From Felis catus (Eukaryota): DNA of 64,000 nucleotides. Shown here piece after piece: positions 51,195 to 64,000 of this stretch. Location of the stretch: contig NC_058382.1 in NCBI RefSeq assembly GCF_018350175.1, positions 50,656,001-50,720,000 on the forward strand, written 5' to 3'. A program made the position numbers and the translations under genes. The notes under the pieces are model-generated. The model ran no database searches, was not told the DNA's origin, and saw only the letters and a list, made by a program, of their open reading frames with translations. The first letter of the stretch is position 1; each line of letters begins with the position of its first letter.

Positions 51195-51521
51195 CCTTAT
51201 CCTTCTTTGTGTCCTTTTATGGGTGCTAATTGTTTTGCTCTGACACAAGACCATTATGATTTTATTCTGCAGACGCTAGATCTCTGAAGTTTCTGAGTCT
51301 GTTTTAAGAACATCTTCTTTTTTTTTTTTTTTTTGTTTGGCACAAGGGTTTTTATCTCATCTGCCCACAGTCGGGCTCTGACCTGTAAGCGTGTGTCCAC
51401 CGCAAAGCGAGGACTCCAGTCATGCCCTCCGCCTACTTTCCCCGACAGCAGCTGCGGTTAACCAGAGATGATTTACATTTTCACAGCGTTTCAGAGGATA
51501 TGATATATTTTGTGAACCTGA

Positions 51522-51731
51522 TTTTTAAAAAAATTTTTTAACATTTATTCATTTTTGAGAGTGAGAGAGACAGAGCATGAGCGGGGGAGGGGCAGAGAGA
51601 GGGAGACACAGAATCTGAAGCAGGCTCCAGGCTCCGAGCCGTCAGCACAGAGAGGGGCTCGAACTCACGGACTGTGAGACCATGACCCGAGCTGAAGTTA
51701 GACACTTAACCGACTGTCACCCAGGCGCCCC
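51522..51731 (-). mobile_element. Can-SINE
   Basis: TSD TGTGAACCTGA. Confidence 0.93.
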
Positions 51732-52244
51732 TGTGAACCTGAATTTTGAAGGAACCCAAATGGTCCTCTGGATATTTTAAAACATATTTGTATGAGACAC
51801 CAAATATATGCATCATATAGCATAATATATATATTCAGTGTTATATATACATATATAGATCCCTCTATATATATACATATATATTTATGTCTATGTATAT
51901 AGTTATTTAAATGTGTATATATATGCTTGTGTAGTTATGTACTAAGCATCTTGTATGATTTCTTTTATAGTCAGCTGTCTGAATTACAAAAGACGTTTCT
52001 CAAAGCTACTTTGCTAGAGGTTCATAATGGCAGTTAGATTATTTTCCAAGAGAGATGAGTTAGAGGCTACCCTGGAAAAATCTGGGTACATGTGTAGACT
52101 CATTTGGCCTGCGAAGTTTTGAAAGGGGCTTTCTCTCCTGAGGTAGCTTTCTTTAACAGCACATATGCCAAAGCCTTCTCGTTACAGCCTCCTGGAAGAA
52201 ACATCTTATAAACCCTAACACTGCAACTAACTTTCGCTCTTACC

Positions 52245-52900
52245 TGTGCGAAGGCACTCATTCAGGCGTGGCCCAGCCACATCAGGGGAGTCCCTGTGTG
52301 AGCTTGTAGTAAGTGCTGTGTAACTTTCATACTGATTGACTAGGTAGTCAGCGAGACAGGAGCTGGAGGCAAAGGCGGTGATAAATAGATGACACATTAG
52401 AAGCCCGAGGGTATAACATCCTGGCTTTGTGGCTCTTAACGTCCTGGCCTTGCCGCTTCCAACACCCCGAGGCTGGCAGACCAGGAGCCACAGGTGTAGA
52501 GAGTAGGTGCTCTCCGCTTCAACCTCTGCCCCGGGGTAACCTGTAGGTTCATCAGATATATTTGCATTGAGGTTTTGACCCCCCAGCCCCATGGGGGAAG
52601 ACGGCCGTGACAGCTCCCGTAGAAACCCTGTAGGGTCAAAAACTCTTGCTCCCAGACCTGTGGGAGGGGTCCCCCACATAATTGGAAGCAGCCTTATTTA
52701 GAGACCACCCTGTCCATGGCCCACAACCCCTTCTTGACTGTCCTTTCTTGAGAGTGTACGATCCTGAATAAACTGCTTTGTGCCGGCTACTTTCCTCCTG
52801 GCTGTCTTGACTTGAGCGCGGATCCTCACGTAAATCTTTCACGAGGAATCCGGGAACGGAGACCTTCATTCACACAACGCAGACTCTCCTACTGGGAACA
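52245..52900 (+). mobile_element. Probable solo LTR (656 bp)
   Basis: TGT...ACA termini, flanks TTACC/ATACC, AATAAA at 52767-52772 followed by a U5-like segment, CpG-rich. Confidence 0.6.
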
Positions 52901-53136
52901 ATACCTATTGTGCATTTCATCTCACTCCAAACAACTGACTCATGGGTAATGTATAGGTAATAATAATTTCCCCACATTATTTAATATAAATAGGAGAACA
53001 TTGGTTGTTTCACTATAATCAAAGCATGAACTCCAAGAATCTTTTCCAAAGCAATTTCTTGGCAAGACAGGACAGGGACGTGGGCAAGTGCTAGAGATGT
53101 CTGTGACTTTGATCCATATTATTTATGTGTTCGATG

Positions 53137-53480
53137 CAGTGGTTCTCAAAACTTAGTGAAAATAAGTCATCTCAGCTGTGCATGCCCAGACCCCAAATCA
53201 AGTGATTCTGGTTCACTGTGAGCAACGGGAATTTCCATGTTTTCTGACGGTGGGCAGGGGCAGAGAGAGGGAGAGAGAGAATCCCAAGCAGGATCCATGC
53301 CGTCAGCACAGAGCCCCACGGGGGGCGGGGGGGTCCGTCTCATGAACCGCGAGATCAAACCCTGAGCTGAAATCAAGAGTCAGATGCTTAGCAGATGAGC
53401 CACCAGGCACCCCAGGAATTTCCATTTTTAATCAACCTCTCCAAGCCGGGAGAAGGCTGAGGCAGAGCTGTGGTTTGGGC
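53137..53480. mobile_element. MER5-like hAT remnant interrupted by an antisense Can-SINE (about 53250-53413)
   Basis: CAGTGGTTCTCAAAACTTAG start; SINE flanked by GGAATTTCCAT repeats. Confidence 0.65.
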
Positions 53481-55044
53481 GCTATCCCTGGGGTTTGCTC
53501 CTGGCCTGGAGGGGCGTGGTGGGGAGGGCTGCCGGAAGGGGATTTGGGCTTATTAGCAGCAACCAGCCCTGGCGAGGGACGGCTTCCAGGACGTGAAACC
53601 GCAAAATCAAGCAGGACGCTCCTGCGTTCTCAGTAAGACAGAAACACTCAACCTCTGCATTTGACCTTCTCTGATTCAGGGTTGCATTTATTGGCAGGTA
53701 AGTCATCTCAGCATTGATTTCAGGAAAAGGAATAAACTGTAAATGTGCTTTTTCAAAATGAGTCCCCACCCTGCAACAGTCACCCCTCACCTAAGAAAAA
53801 GCGAAGACATGAACGTCTAATTTTTTTTTTTAATCAGTGGCAATTTTCAACTTAATTTTCTAGTTCTAAGAGACTTGTTTATTCCTGGCTTGTGATGTGG
53901 CCAGAGATCATGGGTTCACATGATTTGTGTATGATCTAAATAACTTTTTTGCAAACCGTTTTTGTTTTTGTTTCACTCTCTGGTTCCTATTTATTTTCAA
54001 ACTTGCATAAAAGAGTTAATATTGCATTCAGCTTTCCCTATAAGCATAGTGTAACTCCTTTGGTATGTGAGCTAATGCCTGGTGTGCGGACTAGGCTGAT
54101 GTTCAATCCAGGTGAGTATCATCTGAGCTGTAAAATGTATCAGGATTCCCTCGTCCCTGGGAATTAAATACAAGTAGCAATAATGTGAATATAAACAAAG
54201 ATTTTCACCAGGGGATATGAACATGCTCTGGAAGTGGTATAGTAGCAAAATATTTTCTTGTCGTAATTAAGAGGTTAAGGTGCAATTCCAGCTATGCTTT
54301 CCAAAGTTTTGGGGAAAATTGGTATCTTCCGTAACCTAAATTAAAATTTATAAGGCTTCTGACTTTGAATTCAGTGGTAAGCCTATATATTTGTTAGGCT
54401 GCTAATGTAAGATTCCCAACCTCATCACCACCACCCCCCCACCCCCCCACCGCCAGAAAAACCTCCCCCAAATTCAGTATTTAAAACATCATTGCAAAGA
54501 ACTATATTAAGATGTGTAAATACACATTGAGGCTAGTGATAACTAATTTGACAAAGTTGGGTGCCTATTTGAAAAGGAGGGAAGCAATCGTGAATATACT
54601 CTGAGACTATCGAAGTGGTCTGGTCATTAGAATCACGTGCGAATCTCTTGTTAAAATTTTATCACTTGTAATGGTAAAAGCGAAGCCTCTTAAAGGCAGA
54701 AGATAGATTTTAGACCAATCGGGTTTTAATTGCTATAGGTCTATCACGAAGAAACTATGCAATAAGCATGTCTTAAATGTTAAACTGGATATTGAGAGTG
54801 GTGAGCAGAGACTAAGAAGGCAGATAATTTGCACCAGCATTATGGTGAAGGACACAGGAGAGTGTGAGATAACCAGAATAAAACAGAAATAGAACAGCTG
54901 GGAAATCGTTTGTTTGCCTTGCCTATTGTGAATTTTTTCCTCAAATCATGGGTTTTGAAGTAGGATAGAGAAATGAACACAAAAACTTTAAATACATGAG
55001 ATGCAAACACTAAGTATCCAGAGAGATCTGAAGGGCAAGCTATC

Positions 55045-55210
55045 TAGAGCTGTGATGGTCTATTTTAACCTGCACAGAAATCACCAGGGATCTCGTTAAA
55101 GCTGTTTCTGATTCAGATGGTCTGGAGTTGACCCGGGGAGTCTGCATCTCTAACAAGTTTCCAGGGATGCCCACGTTGCTGATCCACGGACCACATTTTG
55201 AATAGTGAGG
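55045..55210. mobile_element. MER5A-like hAT MITE
   Basis: ATCACCAGGGATCTCGTTAAA...TCTGCATCTCTAACAAG...GACCACATTTTGAATAG. Confidence 0.75.
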
Positions 55211-58200
55211 TGTTAAACTGAGTGCGTACACGCCCATGAGTGGCTGCATTTTGCATGACCAGTCAGGGAGGGAACGCAAATATCAGAATTCTATTAACCC
55301 TCCTTGGATACAGAGAGTTGTATTGAAACAAGTCCTTTGTAAGACTCCACATCCTTTGTCCTGTGAGGAGAGCAGAGCCCCAATTAACATCCAGCTCTTG
55401 AAATCACGCAGTCCTGAAATCCAGCTGGTGCTGCCCAGTGGAGAAGCAGGTGTGTGACTTAGAGTCGATTGGGTAGAATCTGGGGGGGAAGGAAGATGAG
55501 ATGTGTTGAAATCTATGAAGGACTAAAAATCCTTGGGATTTTTAGATTTTGGAGATTTCCGGGCGGAATGAGTTTGGGGGTGGGCACATATCATTTCACC
55601 TGATGGGATATTTCTGCTGGAGCCTTATTTATTTGCTCATGACATCTATTTTCTCAGCTTTGGAGGCAGAATGCAGTGAGTTTCCTCAGCAAATAGCATG
55701 CTATAGTATAAGCAGTGTCAAAGTCTTGACATTTTCAGACACTTGAACACTCATTAAAAAAAAATGTTTAAAAGGATTTTTTTTTTTTCAAAACTAAACC
55801 CGGGTCTCGATTATAGAGCTGCACCCCCCCCCCCCCCCGATTGTGGTCACAAGGTCATGTGGATCCTTACTGGACATCTTTACAAATGTTCCTTTTCTTA
55901 GGTGAAAGGTTTGAAACCTAAAAATTCCTAGGTAAAAATACAGATTTTAAAGAAGCCTTTTTCTAGAGTGAAACAACCAGCACTGTGTCTTAACTTGAAG
56001 TGACTTTTGTCCCTGTGGTCTGCACTGTGGCAGAAATCCCTGCCATTTGTATAATTTTTCTCGTCTGGGTGTGACTGGTGTAAGAGTCCTCAAATGGATT
56101 TCGTTTTGTGACCTTCCAGAGGTTGGCTGCATGGAAGACTCTAGTATATTTGGCTTAACATATTTAAAAGAATTATTTAAGACTTTATAAGTGAACAGGT
56201 CATTAGCTAAGACTATTGACGTTAGTAATTGATGATGGGTGATAGGTGCATATATTTGCTGATGAGCCTCGGTAATTGGGTTTATACTCGTCAAGTCTGA
56301 TGAACAGGTGACCCTGTGTTCCTGCCAGTGAGGAAGGAGTTCTGTTCTACCAGCACCTTTCACTGTGGTCCTTTCTTACATCTTTGCTCATTCCTGGGCA
56401 AGTCCTGTCCTGGTCCTTAACTCTTGGCCACAGGTCCTCTGTACTTTCTCCAAGCTTGACCATCGCTCTGTGTGGCATTATTCCCTTGTTTTGAAAGTCC
56501 TCTGACTCCTGTACAGCTGATTCTTTACCAACTGTATATTCTTGTGCCTCAGTTTTCCACGTAAATTTGATGTCCTGGGGTGCCTGAAGTGTGCTGTGTT
56601 TTGTGTTTGTTTTCAGGATCTTTTTTGGCCAACTGCCCCTACTACTGGGTCTTGAATTCTTTTATCGTCTATGGCAGTGATTCTCAAATTTTGAGGGGTT
56701 TTAAAAAATTCCAAAGATGAGACTGGATTCCAGACATCAGAATCCTTAGGGTTGGACCTACGCATTTTTTTAACTCCCTATGAGATTCCTGTATACAGCC
56801 AAGTGTGAGATCCCGTGTTCTAAGGGGCTCTTCCCCATTATATGCACATGGCACCGGTGTTGTCATCAGCCACATACGCTGTCCCCTGTGGAGGCCTATG
56901 GATGACAGACTAGGCTGACCACACTGGCTTTATTGCATGGAGTCAGTCTGAGCACTGAGACTACAAGCCAGTTGGACTCCACAGCGGCCATCACAATTCC
57001 TGACAGCTCTTGACCTCTCCTGACTGATCTGCCTCCTGTCATATTCTTCTTCAAAGTCATTAACCTAACCCCAGAGAGAAGCTCCAGGTTTTCAGTTGAA
57101 ATAATTGTGCTTCAGGGACATTCGGAAAGCTGTTCTCCTAAGACAATAAAAGAAAAGAAAATATATCTGGTCTCTCTAGTCTTCCCCGTTTCCTTCCCAA
57201 TTTTTTTCTTTTGCCAAAAACAATCTGCCAAGTTTCTAGCTATATTTCGCAACCAAAGGTGGCAGGAACATCCCAGAGAGAAATAAACTAACTCATTCTC
57301 TTCCCATCAGAGTAAATTAAAACAGGACCATTTTGTGAGGCTTTTATTTAAATTTACTTTTTTTTATTTGTGTTTGTAAGAGAGGGAAAAATGGCCAATT
57401 CATTTTTTCCATATGTAGATCTTAGTTCAAATCACTTCTTTGGAAGTTTTGCTACCCTTTCTTTTATTGCTTGATGGAAATACACCTGCTGCACTGAAAG
57501 AGGACTGACTCTGTTGTAATCTCCTGTGTCTGACTTGTCTTCCATCTTCAGTGGTTAGCCTCATCGGAAAATCTCAATAAATGGTCCTCACAAGGATTTC
57601 TGCTAATCCTAAATTTGGTTAGAGATTTGCCTCTCCATCCCAATTTATTGCAGTAATTACTTAGTGAATATCATGAGCTGGACACTTGGTGGCTTAGCAA
57701 GTCAGACTTCTGCATTCCTGGCTATGTTGCTGGGCACCATCAATTAGGCATCCAGCAATAACGACACAAAAGGTAGGAGCGATACCGCGATGCCACCTGT
57801 GGCTGCAATTTCCACTAGATCCTGAAGGGCGGATGGGATTTTGACAGAAAGAATGTGATGGAAAGGAAGAGAGAGCATCACCGGCGAATGTGGAGGGGCC
57901 GTGGGCCGGGGTGGGGTGTTGAGTCAATTCCCCTTTCGTTCCGTGCAGATGTAGAGAAATTGGATAAATGAAAAGGGAGATTAAAATTGTACAATCTCAG
58001 TCAGTTTCTCAGCAGGCATCTCTGAAGGTTGGTTCTGTAGCTGCTGGCAGGTGGCCAACTTGCTAAGTCCTCTTAAATTGACAGAGAAGCCAGATAAATA
58101 TCCACTCCTGGCAGCCCTTCCCTGACAGATGGTCTGGCATTGATGGTGTAATCCCAGACAACAATGGCGGGGCTAAAAGCTCTGTAGCCTGGCGTCTCCT

Positions 58201-60012
58201 AGTTACCACATGTGGTATGTAACTAGGATTTCAATGTGTTCGCGGGCACCATGCTGGAAGCAGGGAAGATGAAGCCATATATAAAAGCCAAGAAATTGCA
58301 TCCACATCTGAGAGGGTGGGGGTTTTGAAGGAAGGGGCCGCATAAAAAGCTGCCTTTTGGGCTTAAAGTGCAAAAATAGAAGAAAGTGAGCATCATCGTT
58401 GCTTTTCTCAAAATGCACACCAGCAACACACTTAGGACCCCCAAAGGAAATGGAAAATAAATGAGCTTCTAAGACCTTTGATTCAGTGGCTTTTCAAGTC
58501 TTTTGGTCCGCAAGTTGCATTTTAGTACCAAGAAAAATGTCCAACAACTTGTAAGTGTCCTTGATGGCTGTAATTATTTGTACCGCTATTTCCTGACACT
58601 GGTCATGCTGTTCACAAGGATAAAGGATGGTGTGGTCATGGCCGCATGATCCAAGGAAGTAGAAGGCTGCGGAAGACGGAAGATCATCACTTAAACTGGG
58701 TCCTTGGGCGGGTCACTACCTCTCTGGTTTAGTTGCTGTTTCTCTTGACAAAATGTCTCCTTTGCCAGTCTAACTTTTATTTTGGAGAAATTACTGTGTT
58801 TTACCAAAAGCCACATATTTCTTTTTCCTATAGAATGACTTAGCTACTTGGGACAGAGACCATCTTAGGAGAACGTCAGCTCGAATTACATGGATATGGA
58901 TAGGATGTAGATAAATGCCTATAACAATGAAGATATTAAGGAAGGTCTCTGAAGCAGTGAGATTGATGCCTAAATTAAGTGGAAAGTATGGGCCTCGATG
59001 AGAGATACTGAGGAAAAAGAATGATGGGTGCTTCCAACCTGTTTCGAGTCTTGAAGCCATCTATTAGCACAGTGGCTAATCTTGAAAGTAGAAAAAAATT
59101 TGCAGCTGTAGAATAGTGACAGTCTTGAAGCTCTTGTTTGCAAGAAGGCCATGCTCAGTGGTGGGATCCCATGACTTTATTTGACTTGGGGCTGGAAGTT
59201 GATTATACCTGATTTCCCCCCCAGATCTAATTAGCTTCTAAAAAAATGGTGCTTTAAATTGATATCTTTGTCTCTATTTCATCTATTAACGAGAGGTTAG
59301 GCTAAAGAAAGAAATGTCGGTTCATCCTTTGGTAGATTCATACTTAAGAAGAAAGTCCATCCTTGGTTTTAAGTTAAATAATGTGAAGTCACTTAGGAAG
59401 GGGCCTTATCCAAAAGAGACAAAGTGTCCTCCAGGGAGGCCCTCCAGACTCTCTTTGCTCCTGATTGTGTTAGCGGGGGAGGAATACTTCATTCATTGGC
59501 TGAACAAAAAGGTATTGATCTCTGAACCCATGCCAGTCCTGTTTGAGGAAGCAGAGATGTGGTAGTGAACACATACAGCAGAAGGTCCTTTCCCTCCAGC
59601 TTCTCTGCTTCAAGGTTGCTCATAAGGCTGCTGTCAAGATGCCAACCAGAGGTGAGGTCTCACTTGATGGCTCAACTGGGGAAGGATCTCCTTCCTAGCT
59701 CATTTTCCCAACTCTTGACAGAATTCCTCTCTTTAAAGACTGTTGGGCAGAGGGCTTCACTTCCTCAGTGTTGGCTGCAGATCACTGGCCATTACTTGCC
59801 CTGTGGCTTTTCTTTCATTGAGCATCAAGGCTTGCAAGAGGCAGAGTTTGCTAGAAAAACCTAAGTCTTTGTACCCAGTCACAGAAGTGGCACACTGTCA
59901 AAGTTGAGGTATTCTATTCATTAGAAGCAAGGGGGTCGTGTCAGGGGATTCCAAGAGGTTTTGAGTAGAAGAAGATGGGATTTTTGGGGATCATTTTAGA
60001 AGCTCCTATCAG

Positions 60013-60016
<4 letters not shown>

Positions 60017-60058
<42 letters not shown>

Positions 60059-60067
60059 TGTGTGTGT
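60017..60067. repeat. (TG)n microsatellite
   Basis: Read directly from the sequence. Confidence 0.95.
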
Positions 60068-61039
60068 CTGTCTGTCTTAGTGTGTGCATCTAGTATTTCC
60101 AGAAGGCCAAAATATAGTTGCTTGAGTGACAGAAGAGAAGTGTATGTCTGTTCATTCAAGTTTCTTTTTTGTTCCCTTTGGATATGCAAAGCCAGGGTTG
60201 GAGATGCCAGCTGGACCTCCAGTTTGGAAATATCAATGAGTGAGTTTAAGGATCTCTGAATCTGGAGTTGAGAGAGAATCTGGAGCTACATAGAAGATTT
60301 GTTGTCCTGAATTAGGGGATGGTACTTGAAGTCATGATCCTGGATGACCCAGGAATTAGGGTCAATAGGAAAGAGAAGAGGTCTGAGGTTTGAGTCTGGG
60401 GTGTTTTCTTCTGTTCATTTTAAGGACACAGCTGCCTGATAAGAGTTTCTTATAAATGTTTAAAAACATAAAATTAAAAATGGAAAAATCATTTTTGACT
60501 CTAAAATTGCATTGCATCGAGGGCAATTGTGCTGTGATTGCTTGGAGTTTGGCTTGCCACCTACAGGATCAAATATTATCCAGACTAACAATTTAGGGTG
60601 AGAAGTCAAGATTCAAGAGTTCAAAAAAAAAAATAGGGAAGGCAGAGAAATGCAAGGAATTAGAGTCAAAAGAGCTGATATGCTTGATTTAATTCTCAAC
60701 CTTGAAAACCCCACGGAGCCCTATTTATCCACAGCCCATGGCTATGTCTCCCATGCAGCATGACCCTATCAGAGCTTAGGTTTATTCAGCTCCTGTTTCT
60801 TCCACTTGTTCCCAGGGCAGGTTATGTTCCAGTTTTTTCTCTGGGATACAGTTATTTTTATTCCCACGAAGGCACAGTTGTCAGTGGTTCCTGACCAAGA
60901 CCATGCAGTTAGAACATAAGTATCGACTGTGTCTGGGGAACAAAGTAAAACCTCCCTGAACTTCATCTATTCGACTGCCCATCTGAAGAGCAGAAGTCAA
61001 TTACCTTCACAGTCACCCTCACCTTGAGGATTCCATGGT

Positions 61040-61235
61040 TTTAATTTTTTTTTAATGTTTATTTTGAGAGAGAGAGGGAGGGAGAGAGGGAGGGGCAGAG
61101 AGAAGGAGACACAGAACTCGAGCAGGCTCCAGGCTCTGAGTATCTGCCCACAACAGACAGCAGAACACACAAACTGGGAGATCATGTCCTGAGCCTACGT
61201 GGACGCTTAACCAAGTTGAGCCAACCAGGCGCCTC
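61040..61235 (-). mobile_element. Can-SINE
   Basis: Reverse SINE consensus. Confidence 0.88.
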
Positions 61236-63725
61236 TAGGATTTCATCGTTTTAAACAGAAGAAGGGCTATTAGTGCTGGTGCTAAAACAAGGGACGTGAA
61301 TTAAGGGTGAGGGGCCACGTGAGCCCCAGATGAGCCTCTGAAGCTGTTGAAGCTCTTAAGAACTCCCCCTGCGTCCCAGTCTCTCCCCTGACAGCCGCCT
61401 CTGCATTTATGCCTGGAATCTGTCTCCACGGGAATTGACTAATCGCTGCTGAGGCTAGGCGAGCCCTGAATCCCAGCACCCACCTGTACCCGCATCCAAA
61501 CAAAGCATGTCCCTGTTCAGGACTCCCACCTTCCCCCTGTGTCCGTCCATGTTCCCAAATCCTTGTACTCCTCACAGTCTCCCCACACCTTATGTTCCCA
61601 GTCTGCATACACATGTCCCTCCTGAGTCCCCAAATCTTCACCCACATTCCTCACAGGTCCCTTTTGGAACACCCTTCCCACATGCCTCCGTGTCCCCTAC
61701 AAGTGCCTCCCCGTGCTCACAGAAACACATCTACTCACACGTGTATTCATTAGTTGACCAACATCTGCACTCAGTTAAACCCCAGCCTGCACATCTAGAC
61801 TCCACATGGGCGCTCCCGTGCACACACACACGAGCACACGTCTGAATATGAGCACCGCACACACGTGCACATGATCTTTAAGATTTAACAGGCTGCTTAT
61901 GAAAGCTTGTTTTACTCAACTGTGTATTTCATGGAATTAAAAGAATTATGAATAATCATGAGCTTCCAGAACATCTAGAACTCTCTCTTTGCTTTTACTT
62001 GGTTCTGATGTTAGGCTGAAGGGGATGTGCTGTGTGTCCCACGCGTTCAATAAAACTAAGCTTCTCCGGTATGCATTTAAATCAGATTTTCAGTTTCCCA
62101 TTAAAAAATCTGTGAAACTACCTTGTCAGCCATGGTTTTATAGGATCCCCTGTCCACGCGGAAGTTAAAGTTAATGCTCCCTGAGTTGACATACGGAGCC
62201 AATTTGATGAATGTGTGTTCAAACGAAATACAGCTCAATGATTCAAAGCTGGGTAACACTGATGAACTCGCTTGCACTGCCTGGTTATTTTTTTTGATTA
62301 AATTATTTTTATGATATAAGTACTTAGGGAAAACTAGAAAATTGGGACTGTAAAGATAATGTTGATTTTAAAAGACAACTAGCACTGTCCATTCGACTTG
62401 CACTAAAACTTACAAGATAATAGGTACACCTATAATTGAGTGGTTACACCTACATTAATATGGAAGGATATATTGATTTTTGTGGTCAAAGCATTGCATT
62501 TCTGAAAATGCTCCACGAATGGTATTTATCCCGTCCTCTCGTGCCATGTGGACTACAGTCTGCATAAACAGAAGGCATTTTATCATACGCATTCTTCCTC
62601 AGGACTTCGCCACTTGAGATCGGGACTTTTTGAACATGCACACGCGGACATAGGGGAGATGGAAGGTCTTTTATTCTTCAGAAAATGTGGTGGAAAGGCC
62701 CTTCGTTTCAGGGGACTGTTGATGGAGCTCTCGCAGTGTATGGATGGATATGATGAAGAAAACTGGATCGGAACTGACTTCATGGACATCACATAGCCTT
62801 TCCATTAGTTCGGGTTGTTGACAACTAACTATAGCAGTGTTAATAGTACCTGTGATTCGCGCCAATCGAGATCAGATATTTTCATGTCACATTATGGTGT
62901 CATACAGCTCTCAAAATAGTTTTTATTCATGACTAGAAATTACAGTAGTTATTAGACTGCCATAAAACTTGTTATTTAATGCAGTAAACATACATGTAGA
63001 TCAAATACTGGGATACCTCTCTATCAGTATTCTGAAACGAAGCCCGCAGACTTCCCCAGACTGCCAAAATTTAAACTAAATGTGGTTAAAAACCCACTTT
63101 GGATGAATTTGCTGGGAGGCTTTGTCATTCAGTTGTTTTCAATGACAACAAGCTTGATTAAAATATAGAAATACAAGTTTTTAAACCATTGTGGGAGGGT
63201 CATCAGGATTGGAAAATCTCATCGCAGAGAACAGAAAATGGAAGGGGCTGAAAATATCCTGCATGTATAAGCCACCAATGAAGATTTATACTAATTAAAT
63301 ATAAGTAAGGCTTAAAAGCATACCTCTGAGAGAAGACCCAGATATTTCCATTAACTAAATTGTCCCAAATTAGTCCTTAAGTCATTATCATACAAGGGTG
63401 GCAAAAGTCAGACCAAGAGCTATTTGAAAATCAGTTGAGGCAAAAAAGAGCTTAGATAACAGAGTGGCACCTTAATACCACATGTCGTGGGCATTACTTG
63501 TTTTAGCCTCATTGGCATGTAGTTGCCATGTAGAAAACACAAATGTAATCTTTGGGGACATATTTAACTCCCATAGTGTTAGATTGGTATGTGATGTTTC
63601 TCTATTGACATTAGTTGGTTTTGTAAAAAGGGAAATTACCTCTTAACTAACCCCGAGAAAGCATGTCCCTTGATGAGTTACCCTTATTAAGCACAGTCAA
63701 GATTCCTGATTTACATTTATAGGGG

Positions 63726-63730
<5 letters not shown>

Positions 63731-63766
<36 letters not shown>
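63731..63766. repeat. (GT)n microsatellite
   Basis: Read directly from the sequence. Confidence 0.95.
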
Positions 63767-63770
<4 letters not shown>

Positions 63771-63820
63771 TCATTCTGTAAAACTGAAGCCTACAACATT
63801 TAGTATTCAAAATGATTTTA

Positions 63821-63948
63821 GGGGCACCTGGGTGGCTCAGTCAGTTAAGCATCCAACTCTGGATCTCAGCTCGGGTCATGATCCGGGGGGTCATGAGTTC
63901 AAGCCCCACCTCCACATCACAGAGCCTATTCTAAAAAAAAAAAAAAAA
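63821..63948 (+). mobile_element. Short Can-SINE with poly(A) tail
   Basis: GGGGCACCTGGGTGGCTCAGTCAG head, A tail. Confidence 0.88.
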
Positions 63949-64000
63949 GAGAGAGATTTTAAAGTGTTACAGTTGTTTTCATAATATATACATGTCTTTC

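Overview
Mammalian (felid, from SINEC_Fc-type Can-SINEs) genomic DNA. The left half holds the last seven coding exons of CNTNAP4/Caspr4 on the + strand (11143-31723, ending in the PDZ-binding tail KEYFF), its 3' UTR, and introns filled with L1, L2, SINE, LTR and hAT remnants. The right half is intergenic. Its main feature is a 3.88-kb internally deleted gammaretroviral provirus on the - strand (45061-48940), inserted into a SINE with a 4-bp GTTC target-site duplication. It keeps both LTRs, a perfect tRNA-Pro PBS, a splice donor, a PPT, a CUG-initiated glycoGag-like leader, a truncated gag joined directly to env (pol deleted), and an uninterrupted PERV-like SU reading frame that stops just after the fusion peptide. 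Other notable items: a retroposed 5' half of tRNA-Glu(CTC) with an 18-bp TSD, and a CNTNAP4 exon with a probable distant branch point. Most ORFs in the supplied track are incidental. All family assignments were made by eye, without database searches.
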